Shown: positions 1 to 8,192 of the stretch, in pieces | Numbering within the stretch: the first letter of the stretch is position 1 | How the letters are laid out: every line of letters starts with the position of its first letter | Origin: an uncultured Chloroflexia bacterium | GTDB taxonomy: Bacteria > Chloroflexota > Limnocylindria > Limnocylindrales > CSP1-4 | DNA: 64,000 bases | NCBI GenBank assembly: GCA_963732805.1 | Contig: CAVTAW010000001.1 | Span: forward strand, 406,283 to 470,282 | Reading direction: 5' to 3' | The notes under the pieces: model-generated | Seen by the model: the letters and a program-made list of their open reading frames with translations, nothing else | Database searches by the model: none | Told to the model about the DNA's origin: nothing | Made by a program: the position numbers and the translations under genes

Positions 1-92
1 TGATCGCGGCGCCCTGGTCCTGACCGGGATGTCGGCGACGGTTCCGGGGCCCGCGCTGGGGGCGACGACGTTCGCCGACACGCTGCGACGGG

Positions 93-1320
93 GTGAGCCT
101 GCGGGTCAAGCCCAAGCTGATCGGCGACGCGCATGGCCAAGATCCCCAAGGAACCAAGGTCGTGGCGGTAACGACCGTGCGCGGGGGATCGTGGAAGACG
201 CTGTGCGCCGGCAAGCACGCCAAGGGGAGCACGTGGTACCGGATCTCGATCGTGAACGGCAAGAGCGTCTCGAAGCGCTACGGCGTCAAGTACGTGTACG
301 CCGCGACGAGCCTGTTCAAGGCCGTGATCACGACGACCACGCTGACCACGGCCTGCGACGGCGCACGGCTGCGCACGGGCACGAGCACCACCTCGACAAC
401 CAAGGCGAAGCTGTCGGCCGGCACCAGGGTCACCTCCGTCGGCACGGTCGGCCGGTGGGAGCTGGAGCGCCGCCTGCAACGGGCCCACCGTCTCGAGCAG
501 CAAGTGGTACCGGATCACCGCCGTGAACGGTAAGAGCGTCTCGTCGCTGTACGGCGTCAGCTCCGTCTACGGCGCCACGGTCCTGTTCACCACGGGCGCG
601 CTGCCCGCCCCGGACCCCACGCCCACGCCGACGCCGACCCCCACGCCGACGCCAAGCCCGGGGTCGACCTACATCGAGGGCATCGACATCAGCCACTGGC
701 AGGGGACGATCAGCTGGGCCCAGGTCGCCGCGGCCGGCAAGCAGTTCGCGTTCATGAAGGCCTCGGACGGGCAGATCCAGACGGACGGCTCCATGTACGT
801 GGACCCGACGTACGCGACCAACCGCGCGCAGGCCAAGGCCAACGGCCTGTACATCGGCGCCTACCATTTCGCCCGGCCGGACGTCGACACCCGGCGACGC
901 CGGTGGCCGAGGCAGACCACTTCGTGGACACCGCGCGCTGGACCACCGGCGAGCTGTTCCCGGTGCTCGACCTCGAGGACCACGGGCGGCCTGTCCACCA
1001 CCGACCTGCAGGCCTGGGTCCAGGCATTCCTGGGCCGGGTCTTCGCGCGGACCGGCGTCCGGGCCCTGATCTACGTTTCGCCCAGCTTCTGGAGCTCGAA
1101 GATGGGCAACACGACGTGGTTCGCCGACAACGGCTACGGCACGCTCTGGATCGCGCACTGGACGACGGCGTCCGGCCCCACGGTTCCCGCCGCCAACTGG
1201 AGCGGCAGGAGCTGGACCTTCTGGCAGTACACGTCCAGCGGGTCGGTGCCCGGGATCAGCGGCAACGTCGACCTCGACCGGTACCGGCTGAGCGACTTCG
1301 ATCCCGTCCTGATCAAGTAG
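93..1320 (+). pseudogene. GH25 muramidase (lysozyme) with two N-terminal SH3b-like repeats and a PT-rich linker; reading frame broken three times
   Basis: Translation switches frame near 450, 892 and 987. Spliced together the pieces give two ~45-aa repeats ('GGSW..C.G....GS.WYRI.VNGKSV...YGV..VY.AT.LF'), a PTPTPTPTPTPTPSP linker and a GH25 catalytic domain ('GIDISHWQG', 'AYHFARP', 'LDLEDHGGLSTTDLQAW', 'IYVSPSFW'). Confidence 0.6.
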
Positions 1321-1380
1321 GCGCGCCGCACCCGCCCGGCAGGCTGGAACGCCCCGCGCATCGCCTAGACTGCTCGCCAC

Positions 1381-3135
1381 ATGGACAGCCGAGACACCGC
1401 CGCGTCAGCGGATCCGCGCGACCTGCCCCAGCCGGTCCCGAACCCCCTGGTCGACCTGGTGCGCGCATCGCTGATCGGCGATGACGAGGCCGTCGCCGGG
1501 CCCTACGGCATCCGTCGGGTGACCTACGCCGACTACACCGCCTCGGGCCGCAGCCTGTCGTTCATCGAGGACTACATCCGGGACGAGGTGCTGCCGCTCT
1601 ACGCCAACACCCACACCGAATCATCCGGCACCGGCCTCCAGACGACGCGCTTTCGCGAGGAGGCTCGCCGGCTGGTGCTCGCCGGCGTGGGCGGCGACCC
1701 GGAACGCCACGCCGTGATCTTCTGCGGGTCGGGCTCGACCGCCGCCATCAACCGCCTGGTGGACGTGCTGAACCTCCGCCTTCCGGCGGACCTCGATGAT
1801 CGGTGGGACCTGCGGTCGCGGATCCCGCCGGGGCAGCGTCCGGTGGTGTTCATCGGCCCGTACGAGCACCACAGCAACGAGCTGCCCTGGCGGGAATCGA
1901 TCGCGGACGTGGTGATGATCCGGGAGGACCAGGACGGCCACATCGACCTCGGCCAGCTGGCCGCCGAGCTGAGCCGCTACCGGGAGCGTCCGTTGCGGAT
2001 CGGCAGCTTCTCGGCCGCTTCCAACGTGACCGGGATCGTCTCGGACACGGCGGCGATCTCGCGGCTGCTCCACGAACATGGGGCCCTGTCGCTGTTCGAC
2101 TACGCGGCCGCGGCGCCGTACGTTGCGATCGAGATGGACCCGCCGGGCGACCCGCTCGCCGCCAAGGATGCGGTGTTCATCAGCCCCCACAAGTTCATCG
2201 GCGGGCCGGGCACCCCGGGCGTCCTGATCGCCCGGCGCGAGCTGTTCCACAACCGCGTGCCGGGGATGCCGGGCGGCGGCACGGTCGCCTACGTGAACCC
2301 GGTCGAGCACGTCTACCTCGCCGACATCGAGCACCGCGAGGAGGGCGGGACACCGGCCATCGTCGAATCGATCCGGGCCGGCCTGGTGTTCCAGCTCAAG
2401 GCCGCCGTCGGGGTCGAGGCGATCCGGGAACGCGAGCACTCGTTCATCCGCCGGGCCCTCGAGCGCTGGGAGGCCAATCCCGCGATCGAGATCCTGGGCA
2501 GCCACCAGGCCGAGCGGCTGTCGATCGTCTCGTTCGTGGTCCGGCACGAGGGCCGCTACCTGCACCACAACTTCGTGGTCGCCCTGCTCAACGACCTGTT
2601 CGGGATCCAGTCACGGGGCGGGTGCTCGTGCGCCGGGCCGTACGGCCACCGTCTGCTGGGGATCGATCTCGAGACCTCCCACGAGTTCGAGCGGGAGATC
2701 ACCCGCGGCTGCGAAGGGATCAAGCCCGGCTGGGTGCGCGTCAACTTCAACTACTTCATCAGCGAGGCGGTGTTCGAGTTCCTGCTCGAGGCGGTGGACC
2801 TGGTCGCCCGCGACGGCTGGCGCCTGCTGCCCGACTACGGGTTCGACCCGGCCACCGGCCTGTGGCACCACCGGGCGGGTCGGCCCGAGCCGCCGGCCAG
2901 CCTGCGCGACATCTCGTACGCCGGCGGCATGACCTGGCCGTCCCACCGCCACCACGAGCCGGAAGCCCGGCTGGCCTCATACCTGGACGAGGCGCGTCAG
3001 CGCATGGCCCGGCCACCGGGACCGGTCGCGACGCCATCAGTGGATCCGGCCTCCGTCGGTCCGGACTTCGAGACCCTGCGCTGGTTCTGGCTGCCCGAGG
3101 AGGTGGCGGCGCGGCCCGAGCCCTCGCGTGCCTGA
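1381..3135 (+). CDS. Aminotransferase class V-fold PLP-dependent enzyme (cysteine desulfurase/SufS-like family) with ~180-aa C-terminal extension
   Basis: 'YADYTASGR', 'YANTHTE', PLP-lysine context 'SPHKFIGGPGTPGVL'. The 584-aa ORF is continuous; ATG preceded by a GC-rich leader. Confidence 0.75.
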   Translation: MDSRDTAASADPRDLPQPVPNPLVDLVRASLIGDDEAVAGPYGIRRVTYADYTASGRSLSFIEDYIRDEVLPLYANTHTESSGTGLQTTRFREEARRLVLAGVGGDPERHAVIFCGSGSTAAINRLVDVLNLRLPADLDDRWDLRSRIPPGQRPVVFIGPYEHHSNELPWRESIADVVMIREDQDGHIDLGQLAAELSRYRERPLRIGSFSAASNVTGIVSDTAAISRLLHEHGALSLFDYAAAAPYVAIEMDPPGDPLAAKDAVFISPHKFIGGPGTPGVLIARRELFHNRVPGMPGGGTVAYVNPVEHVYLADIEHREEGGTPAIVESIRAGLVFQLKAAVGVEAIREREHSFIRRALERWEANPAIEILGSHQAERLSIVSFVVRHEGRYLHHNFVVALLNDLFGIQSRGGCSCAGPYGHRLLGIDLETSHEFEREITRGCEGIKPGWVRVNFNYFISEAVFEFLLEAVDLVARDGWRLLPDYGFDPATGLWHHRAGRPEPPASLRDISYAGGMTWPSHRHHEPEARLASYLDEARQRMARPPGPVATPSVDPASVGPDFETLRWFWLPEEVAARPEPSRA

Positions 3136-4549
3136 CCCCGTGCCCGCCGGGAGGCGGACCCCGGCTGTGCTGGGCCTGGACCTCGGCACGACCGAGGCCA
3201 AGGCGGCGGTCGTCGGGCTCGACGGACACCTGGTGGGAGTCGGGCGCGGGTCGTACCCGCTGGACCTGGGTCCGGATGGACGCGCGGAGCAGTCGCCGGC
3301 CGACTGGTGGGCCGCGATCACCGCCGCCTTCCGATCCATCGACACCACCGGGGTGGAGGTGCTGGCGGTCTGCGGCGTGGGCCAGGGACCCACGCTGGCG
3401 GTCGTGGACGCGTCCGCCGCCCCGGTGCGGCCGGCGATCACCTGGCAGGACCGGCGGGCCGGTACCGGCGGGTTCGGGCTGCTGCCTAAGATGGCCTGGC
3501 TGGCGCGTGCCGACCCGAACGCCGTTGCCGCAGCGACCTGGCTGATGGCGAGCTGGGACGCCCTGGGACTGTGGCTGTCGGACCAGGCTGCGACGACGCT
3601 CCAGGGCCACGAGACCGCGTTGGACGCGGCGACGCTCGAGGCCGCGGGGATCGTGGCCGCCCGGGTGCCGTCCGCGCTGCCGTTCGGGACCCGCCTGGGC
3701 GGGCTCTCTGCCCGCGCGTCGGGTGCCCTCGGGCTGCCCGCCGGGCTGCCGGTCATCGCCGGCGTCAACGACGGCACCGCGAGCATGCTCGGTGCCGGGC
3801 TGCTGGCGCCCGGCGACGGCGTGGACACGGGTGGGACGTCCGGCGGGATCGGGATCTACGCCGCCCGGCGGATCGAGCTGCCGGGAGTGTTCCTCGCGCC
3901 GGCCCCGCTGCCCGGCCGTTGGGTTGTTGGTGGCGCGATGGCGGCCACCGGCGCGGCCGTGGACTGGCTGCGCCTGACGGTGGGGCGCGGTGCGTGGGCT
4001 CCCGAGACGCTGTTTGCGGAGGCGGCCTCGGTCGGTCCGGGCGCCGACGGCCTGGTGTTCCTGCCGTACCTTGCGGGCGAGCGGGCGCCGGTGTTCGACG
4101 ACTCGGCGCGCGGGGCGTTCGTTGGCCTCACGCTGGCGCACGGGCGTCCCCAGCTCGCCCGGGCGGTGCTCGAGGGTGCCGCCCTCGCGCTCCGTGACGT
4201 CGCACAGCCGATCATCGACGCCGGCGCGCCGCTGCTCGAGCTGCGCCTGGCGGGCCGCCCCTCTGCGGGCGACGCGTGGGCCCGGATCAAGGCCGACGTG
4301 CTCGGCGTGCCGGTCGCGATCCCGGTGGTGGGCGACACGGCGGTCCTGGGCGCCGCGATCCTCGCTGCCGCCGGCTCCGGCCTGGTGGCGGATCTGGAGG
4401 CGGGGGTCGCGGCGATGACCGCGGTGGCGCGGCTGCTGGAGCCCGACCCGGTGGCGCACGCTCGCTACGACCAGGTGTTCGACATCTATCGCGGGCTGTA
4501 TCCGGCGCTGGCCGGGTCCATGCACCGGCTGGGCGCGCCCGCCGGCTGA
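3128..4549 (+). CDS. FGGY-family carbohydrate kinase (xylulokinase-like)
   Basis: N-terminal 'VLGLDLGTTEAKAAVV' and overall FGGY architecture. Start overlaps the upstream stop by 8 nt, implying translational coupling. Confidence 0.8.
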   Translation: MPDPVPAGRRTPAVLGLDLGTTEAKAAVVGLDGHLVGVGRGSYPLDLGPDGRAEQSPADWWAAITAAFRSIDTTGVEVLAVCGVGQGPTLAVVDASAAPVRPAITWQDRRAGTGGFGLLPKMAWLARADPNAVAAATWLMASWDALGLWLSDQAATTLQGHETALDAATLEAAGIVAARVPSALPFGTRLGGLSARASGALGLPAGLPVIAGVNDGTASMLGAGLLAPGDGVDTGGTSGGIGIYAARRIELPGVFLAPAPLPGRWVVGGAMAATGAAVDWLRLTVGRGAWAPETLFAEAASVGPGADGLVFLPYLAGERAPVFDDSARGAFVGLTLAHGRPQLARAVLEGAALALRDVAQPIIDAGAPLLELRLAGRPSAGDAWARIKADVLGVPVAIPVVGDTAVLGAAILAAAGSGLVADLEAGVAAMTAVARLLEPDPVAHARYDQVFDIYRGLYPALAGSMHRLGAPAG

Positions 4550-4563
4550 CCGCCGGCCGCTGA

Positions 4564-4587
4564 CCGCCGGCCGCTGCTCGCCGGCGG
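4564..4587 (+). terminator. GC hairpin (ccgccggc-N8-gccggcgg) just after the kinase stop, inside a short tandem repeat; weak U tract
   Basis: Perfect 8-bp inverted repeat seen in the sequence, embedded in the direct repeats ccggctgaccg/ccggccgctgaccg. Confidence 0.3.
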
Positions 4588-4842
4588 AGTGGTAGGATCG
4601 CGCCGAGCCTTCGGGGCAGGGTGCGATTCCCGACCGGTGGTATGGGTCCGCGATGGCGGACCGAGCCCACGAGCGACGCCACGGACGAACTCCGCGACGC
4701 CGCAGATCCGAGACGAGGCACGCCTCGCCGACCGGAGCCGACGGTACAGTCCGGATGGAAGAAGGCATCGGGCCGGCAGGTCCCGCGGGACCTGGCCGCG
4801 CGCCACCTGCCCCGTCGCGCCCGGATCCGTGCGACGGAGGTG
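4588..4842 (+). promoter_or_regulatory. Long GC-rich leader upstream of the ABC ATPase; candidate cis-regulatory RNA
   Basis: ~290 nt between the kinase stop and the first plausible ATPase start carry no convincing ORF. No TPP-riboswitch (THI element) core (CUGAGA / CCUGAUC..GG.UAAU) was found. Confidence 0.25.
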
Positions 4843-5865
4843 ATGGTGGCGATGCCCGGCGATCCAGCGACAGCATCCGGCATGTCCGCGCCTGCCGGCG
4901 TGACGCCGGGTCTGGTCACGCCGGGCGTGGTCGTGCCGGGCCCCGGCAGCCAGCCGGGTCCCCAGCCGGGCCCGGGGGCCGGGATCCGGGTGGACGATGT
5001 CTCGCTCACCTTCCGCGGGGTTCGGACGGTCCATGCGCTCGACCGCATCTCGATCGAGGTACGACCGCGCGAGGTCGTCGCGCTCATCGGTCCCAACGGC
5101 TGCGGCAAGAGCACGCTGCTGCGCGTCCTGGCCGGGCTGATCCCGCCCGAGGCGGGCACGGTTGCCCTCGACGGCAGCCCCGTCACGGGCCCGGATCCTC
5201 GCGTGGGGCTCGTGTTCCAGGAGTCGCGCCTGCTCACCTGGCGCTCGGCCGAGGGCAACGTGCGCTTCCCGATGGAGCTGGCCGGCTGGTCGAAGGCGCG
5301 CCAGGAGGCGCGAGCGAGCGACCTGCTCGGGCTGGTCGGGCTGCGCGAGTTCGCCCGGGCCCGGCCGTCCACCCTCTCGGGCGGCACCCGCCAGCGCGTG
5401 TCGATCGCCCGCGCCCTCGCGCTCGAGCCCACCGTGCTGCTGCTCGACGAGCCGTTCAGCGCGCTGGACGCGCTGACCCGGGAGCGCTTCAACGCCGAGC
5501 TGCTCAACCTGTGGCAGCGCACGGGGACCACGATCGTGGTGGTGACCCACAGCATCCCCGAGGCCGTGTTCCTGGCCGATCGGGTGATCGTGATGTCGCC
5601 CAGGCCGGGCCGGGTCGTGGCCGAGGTGCCCGTCGACATGCCCAGGCCGCGCCGGCTCGCGGATCTCGACTCGGCGGTCGTCACCTCGGTCGCCGCCCAG
5701 GTTCGGGCGCACCTGGTGGACACCACCGACGACCGGATCGCGATGGCCGAGGCGCGGGTCGCGATTCCCGCCGGCGGCCGACCCGGGATGCCGGTGCGCT
5801 ACGAGGACACGGCCCCGGGCACGCCGGCGTGGTTCGACCCGTTCCGCCAGGAGGACGAGTCGTGA
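4843..5865 (+). CDS. ABC transporter ATP-binding protein, NitT/TauT (SsuB/ThiZ-like) family
   Basis: Walker A 'GPNGCGKST', signature 'LSGGTRQRVSIARAL', Walker B 'LLLDEPFSALD'. Start uncertain (ATG 4843/4852 after GGAGG); N-terminus is proline-rich and low-complexity. Confidence 0.85.
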   Translation: MVAMPGDPATASGMSAPAGVTPGLVTPGVVVPGPGSQPGPQPGPGAGIRVDDVSLTFRGVRTVHALDRISIEVRPREVVALIGPNGCGKSTLLRVLAGLIPPEAGTVALDGSPVTGPDPRVGLVFQESRLLTWRSAEGNVRFPMELAGWSKARQEARASDLLGLVGLREFARARPSTLSGGTRQRVSIARALALEPTVLLLDEPFSALDALTRERFNAELLNLWQRTGTTIVVVTHSIPEAVFLADRVIVMSPRPGRVVAEVPVDMPRPRRLADLDSAVVTSVAAQVRAHLVDTTDDRIAMAEARVAIPAGGRPGMPVRYEDTAPGTPAWFDPFRQEDES

Positions 5866-6701
5866 GCGGCAGCGCCCCCGCCCGTCCGGCGAAGACGGCA
5901 CTCGACGCGGGCTCGGGGACCGCCGTCAGCCGGCCGGCGCCCCGCCGGCGGGCGCTCGCCTCCACGGCCGGGATCACGATCCTCAGCCTCGCCGTGTTCG
6001 TGCTCGGCTGGCAGGCGGTCGTGTTCGTCGGTGGCTATCCGTCGTTCATCCTGCCCGGTCCGCTGACCGTCGCCGAGCGGTTCGTCCGGGCCTGGGCCGA
6101 CGGCACGATGTGGCCGCACGCGGTCACGACGCTGTCGGAGATCCTGCTGGGCTTCGCGCTCGGCGCTTCGCTCGCCCTCGGGGTCGGCATCGTCCTCGCC
6201 CGCTCCCGTCTCGCCGAGCGCCTGCTGAGCCCGTATCTCGTCGCCGCCCAGGCGACGCCGATCCTCGCCCTGGCGCCGCTCATCGCGCTGTGGTTCGGGA
6301 CCGGGCTCCTGAGCAAGCTCGTGATCACCACCCTGATCGTGTTCTTTCCGGTCGCCATCGCGACCATGGTCGGGATCCGGTCCGTGGACCCGCGGCTGCT
6401 CGAGATGGCTCGCAGCTTCCGGGCAACCGGCTGGCAGACCATCGCCCGGGTCGAGATTCCGGGGGCCCTGCCGGCTATCCTCGGCGGCATGCGGGTGGGC
6501 GTGACGCTCGCGGTGATCGGCGCCATCGTCGGGGAGTGGGCCGGCGGCGACTCGGGGCTGGGCGTGCTGATCAACATCGCCCGCGGCAGCCTGTTCGACA
6601 TCCCGCTGATGTTCGCCGCCCTCGCGACGCTCGCACTGATCGGCGTGTCCCTGTACCTCGTGATGGTCGTCATCGAGCGCCGGCTGGTCGGCGACCGATG
6701 A
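5862..6701 (+). CDS. ABC transporter permease (NitT/TauT family)
   Basis: GTG start overlaps the ATPase stop (GTGA). Six predicted TM helices; EAA-like loop 'MARSFRATGWQTIARVEIPGALP'. Confidence 0.85.
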   Translation: MSGSAPARPAKTALDAGSGTAVSRPAPRRRALASTAGITILSLAVFVLGWQAVVFVGGYPSFILPGPLTVAERFVRAWADGTMWPHAVTTLSEILLGFALGASLALGVGIVLARSRLAERLLSPYLVAAQATPILALAPLIALWFGTGLLSKLVITTLIVFFPVAIATMVGIRSVDPRLLEMARSFRATGWQTIARVEIPGALPAILGGMRVGVTLAVIGAIVGEWAGGDSGLGVLINIARGSLFDIPLMFAALATLALIGVSLYLVMVVIERRLVGDR

Positions 6702-6754
6702 CCCGCGCCACCCTCCCTTGAGCCCGCCTGTGCATCCTGGAGGTCACCGCTCCC

Positions 6755-7765
6755 GTGTCGCCCATCCCGCATGTCGCCGTCCGTCGGCTGCTCGCCCTGG
6801 CGTCCGCGTTCGCGCTCGCCCTGGCCGCCTGCGGCGGAAACGCCGCCACGCCGTCCGCCTCGCCGGTCGCCCTCACGGTCGGCCTGGGCTACATCCCGAG
6901 CGTCCAGTTCGCCCAGTTTTATCTCGCTGACCAGGCGGGCTACTACCGCGATGCGGGGCTCGCTGTCACGCTCCAGAACAAGATCGACCCCGACCTCATC
7001 ACGCTCCTGGGGCAGGGTGCCGTGGACATCGGCAACGGCGACGGCACCTCGGTCATCCCGGCCGTGAGCCAGGGCATCCCGATCGTCTACACGGCAACGA
7101 TCTACGGCCAGTTCCCGTCGATCGTCGTGGCCAAAGCCGGCGCGGGGATCTCGACCGCGGCCGACCTGCGGGGCAAGAAGATCGGCATCCCCGGCAAGTA
7201 CGGCTCATCGTGGATCATGCTCCAGGCGCTGCTCCAGTCAGCCGGCCTGACCACGAACGACGTCACGATCGTGGAGTTCCCGGACTTCGGCCAGGCCACG
7301 GCGCTCCAGCAGGGAGCCGTCGACGCTGCGACGGGCTTCGCCAACAACGAGCCCATCCAGCTCAAGCGCGCCGGGATCGACCCGGTCGTGCTGACCGTGG
7401 ATGACATCACACCGCTGCCGGGACCGGGGCTCGTGACGGGGACGGCGACGCTGGCCGCCAAGCACGACGCGCTGGCGGCGTTCACGGCAGCCACCTTGCG
7501 GGCGATGAACGAGATCGCGGCCGATCCGCAGAAGGGCCTCGACGCGAGCCTCGCTGCGGTTCCCGACCTCGCGACCGATCCGGGTCTCCAGCGCGACATC
7601 CTCGCCGCCACGATCGCGACCTGGAAGAACACCCGGACCAACGCACCGTACGGCACGATCGATCGTGCGGGCTGGCAGCAGTCGCTGGACTTCATGACCA
7701 CCCTGGGCCTCGTCCCCAACGCGGTCACCGTGGACCAGCTGGTCGACGACTCGCTGCTGCCGTAG
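6755..7765 (+). CDS. NMT1/THI5-like ABC substrate-binding lipoprotein
   Basis: Lipobox 'LALAACGG'; 'GLGYIPSVQFAQFYLADQAGYYRDAGL' is typical of NMT1/ThiY/SsuA-type binding proteins. Confidence 0.85.
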   Translation: MSPIPHVAVRRLLALASAFALALAACGGNAATPSASPVALTVGLGYIPSVQFAQFYLADQAGYYRDAGLAVTLQNKIDPDLITLLGQGAVDIGNGDGTSVIPAVSQGIPIVYTATIYGQFPSIVVAKAGAGISTAADLRGKKIGIPGKYGSSWIMLQALLQSAGLTTNDVTIVEFPDFGQATALQQGAVDAATGFANNEPIQLKRAGIDPVVLTVDDITPLPGPGLVTGTATLAAKHDALAAFTAATLRAMNEIAADPQKGLDASLAAVPDLATDPGLQRDILAATIATWKNTRTNAPYGTIDRAGWQQSLDFMTTLGLVPNAVTVDQLVDDSLLP

Positions 7766-7796
7766 GCGCGGATCGGGACGTGATAGGGTCGCGGCC

Positions 7797-7871
7797 GAGC
7801 CCGTAGCTCAGCGGTAGAGCAGGGGACTTTTAATCCTCGTGTCGTGGGTTCGATCCCCACCGGGCTCACCA
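7797..7871 (+). tRNA. tRNA-Lys (anticodon UUU)
   Basis: Cloverleaf folded by hand: acceptor GAGCCCG/CGGGCTC, D-arm GCTC-AGCGGTA-GAGC, anticodon loop CTTTTAA, T-arm GTGGG-TTCGATC-CCCAC, A73, CCA encoded. Confidence 0.85.
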
Positions 7872-8147
7872 GCTTTTCAGGCGCACGTGGAGGAACTTGG
7901 GTTGGCGAAGCGCAAGCGGGCGCGACGAAGACGGGTGGACCTGGTAGCGGTCGGGTCGCCGAGGGTGTTCAACGGTGCCGCGATCGCCCGCGCGCTCGGT
8001 TCGGATCGCGAGCTCTACGCCCTCGACATCCCGTGCGTGGCCGAAGACGTTGACCGCGGTCGCATCGTGGAGCTGTCCGTCGTGGTCGATGGCGGGCTTC
8101 TCCGGCAGCTCGTCGCGAGCGCGCGCGCGGCGGGCTGGCGCAAGTGA
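7839..8147 (+). CDS. Hypothetical small protein downstream of tRNA-Lys (start probably internal, TTG/GTG near 7890-7900 after GGAGGA)
   Basis: Only non-garbage frame in this interval; no recognisable family motif. Confidence 0.3.
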   Translation: MSWVRSPPGSPAFQAHVEELGLAKRKRARRRRVDLVAVGSPRVFNGAAIARALGSDRELYALDIPCVAEDVDRGRIVELSVVVDGGLLRQLVASARAAGWRK

Positions 8148-8192
8148 GAGTCAGCACCACGGCGGCGGATCCCGCCCGGCGGTAGCTCGCCG

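Noticed and set aside
430-1380. 316-aa minus-strand ORF and other long ORFs antisense to the GH25 gene
   Set aside because: Arg/Gly/Pro/Ala-rich low-complexity translation typical of alternative frames in high-GC DNA. They overlap a motif-bearing gene on the other strand.
4550-4842. TPP riboswitch in the leader of the NMT1-type ABC operon
   Set aside because: Searched by eye for the THI-box cores (CUGAGA, CCUGAUC.GG.UAAU.CC.GCG.AGGGA) and found none. Kept only as an unclassified candidate leader.
1621-4876. Long minus-strand ORFs (1621..2568, 2759..4876, 3037..3828, 4287..5901) and the plus ORF 1803..3545
   Set aside because: Antisense or out-of-frame to the PLP enzyme, FGGY kinase and ABC ATPase. 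Translations are R/G/P/A repeats with no motifs.
7102-7869. Minus-strand ORF covering the tRNA-Lys gene, and 16199..16465 covering tRNA-fMet
   Set aside because: Translations ('VGIEPTT', 'SNLRPSGYEP') are the classic reverse-complement reading of tRNA T-arms. The tRNA cloverleaves are unambiguous.
7872-8192. Integrase or att site next to tRNA-Lys
   Set aside because: The adjacent ORF has no integrase motifs. No direct repeat of the tRNA 3-prime end was seen within the module.
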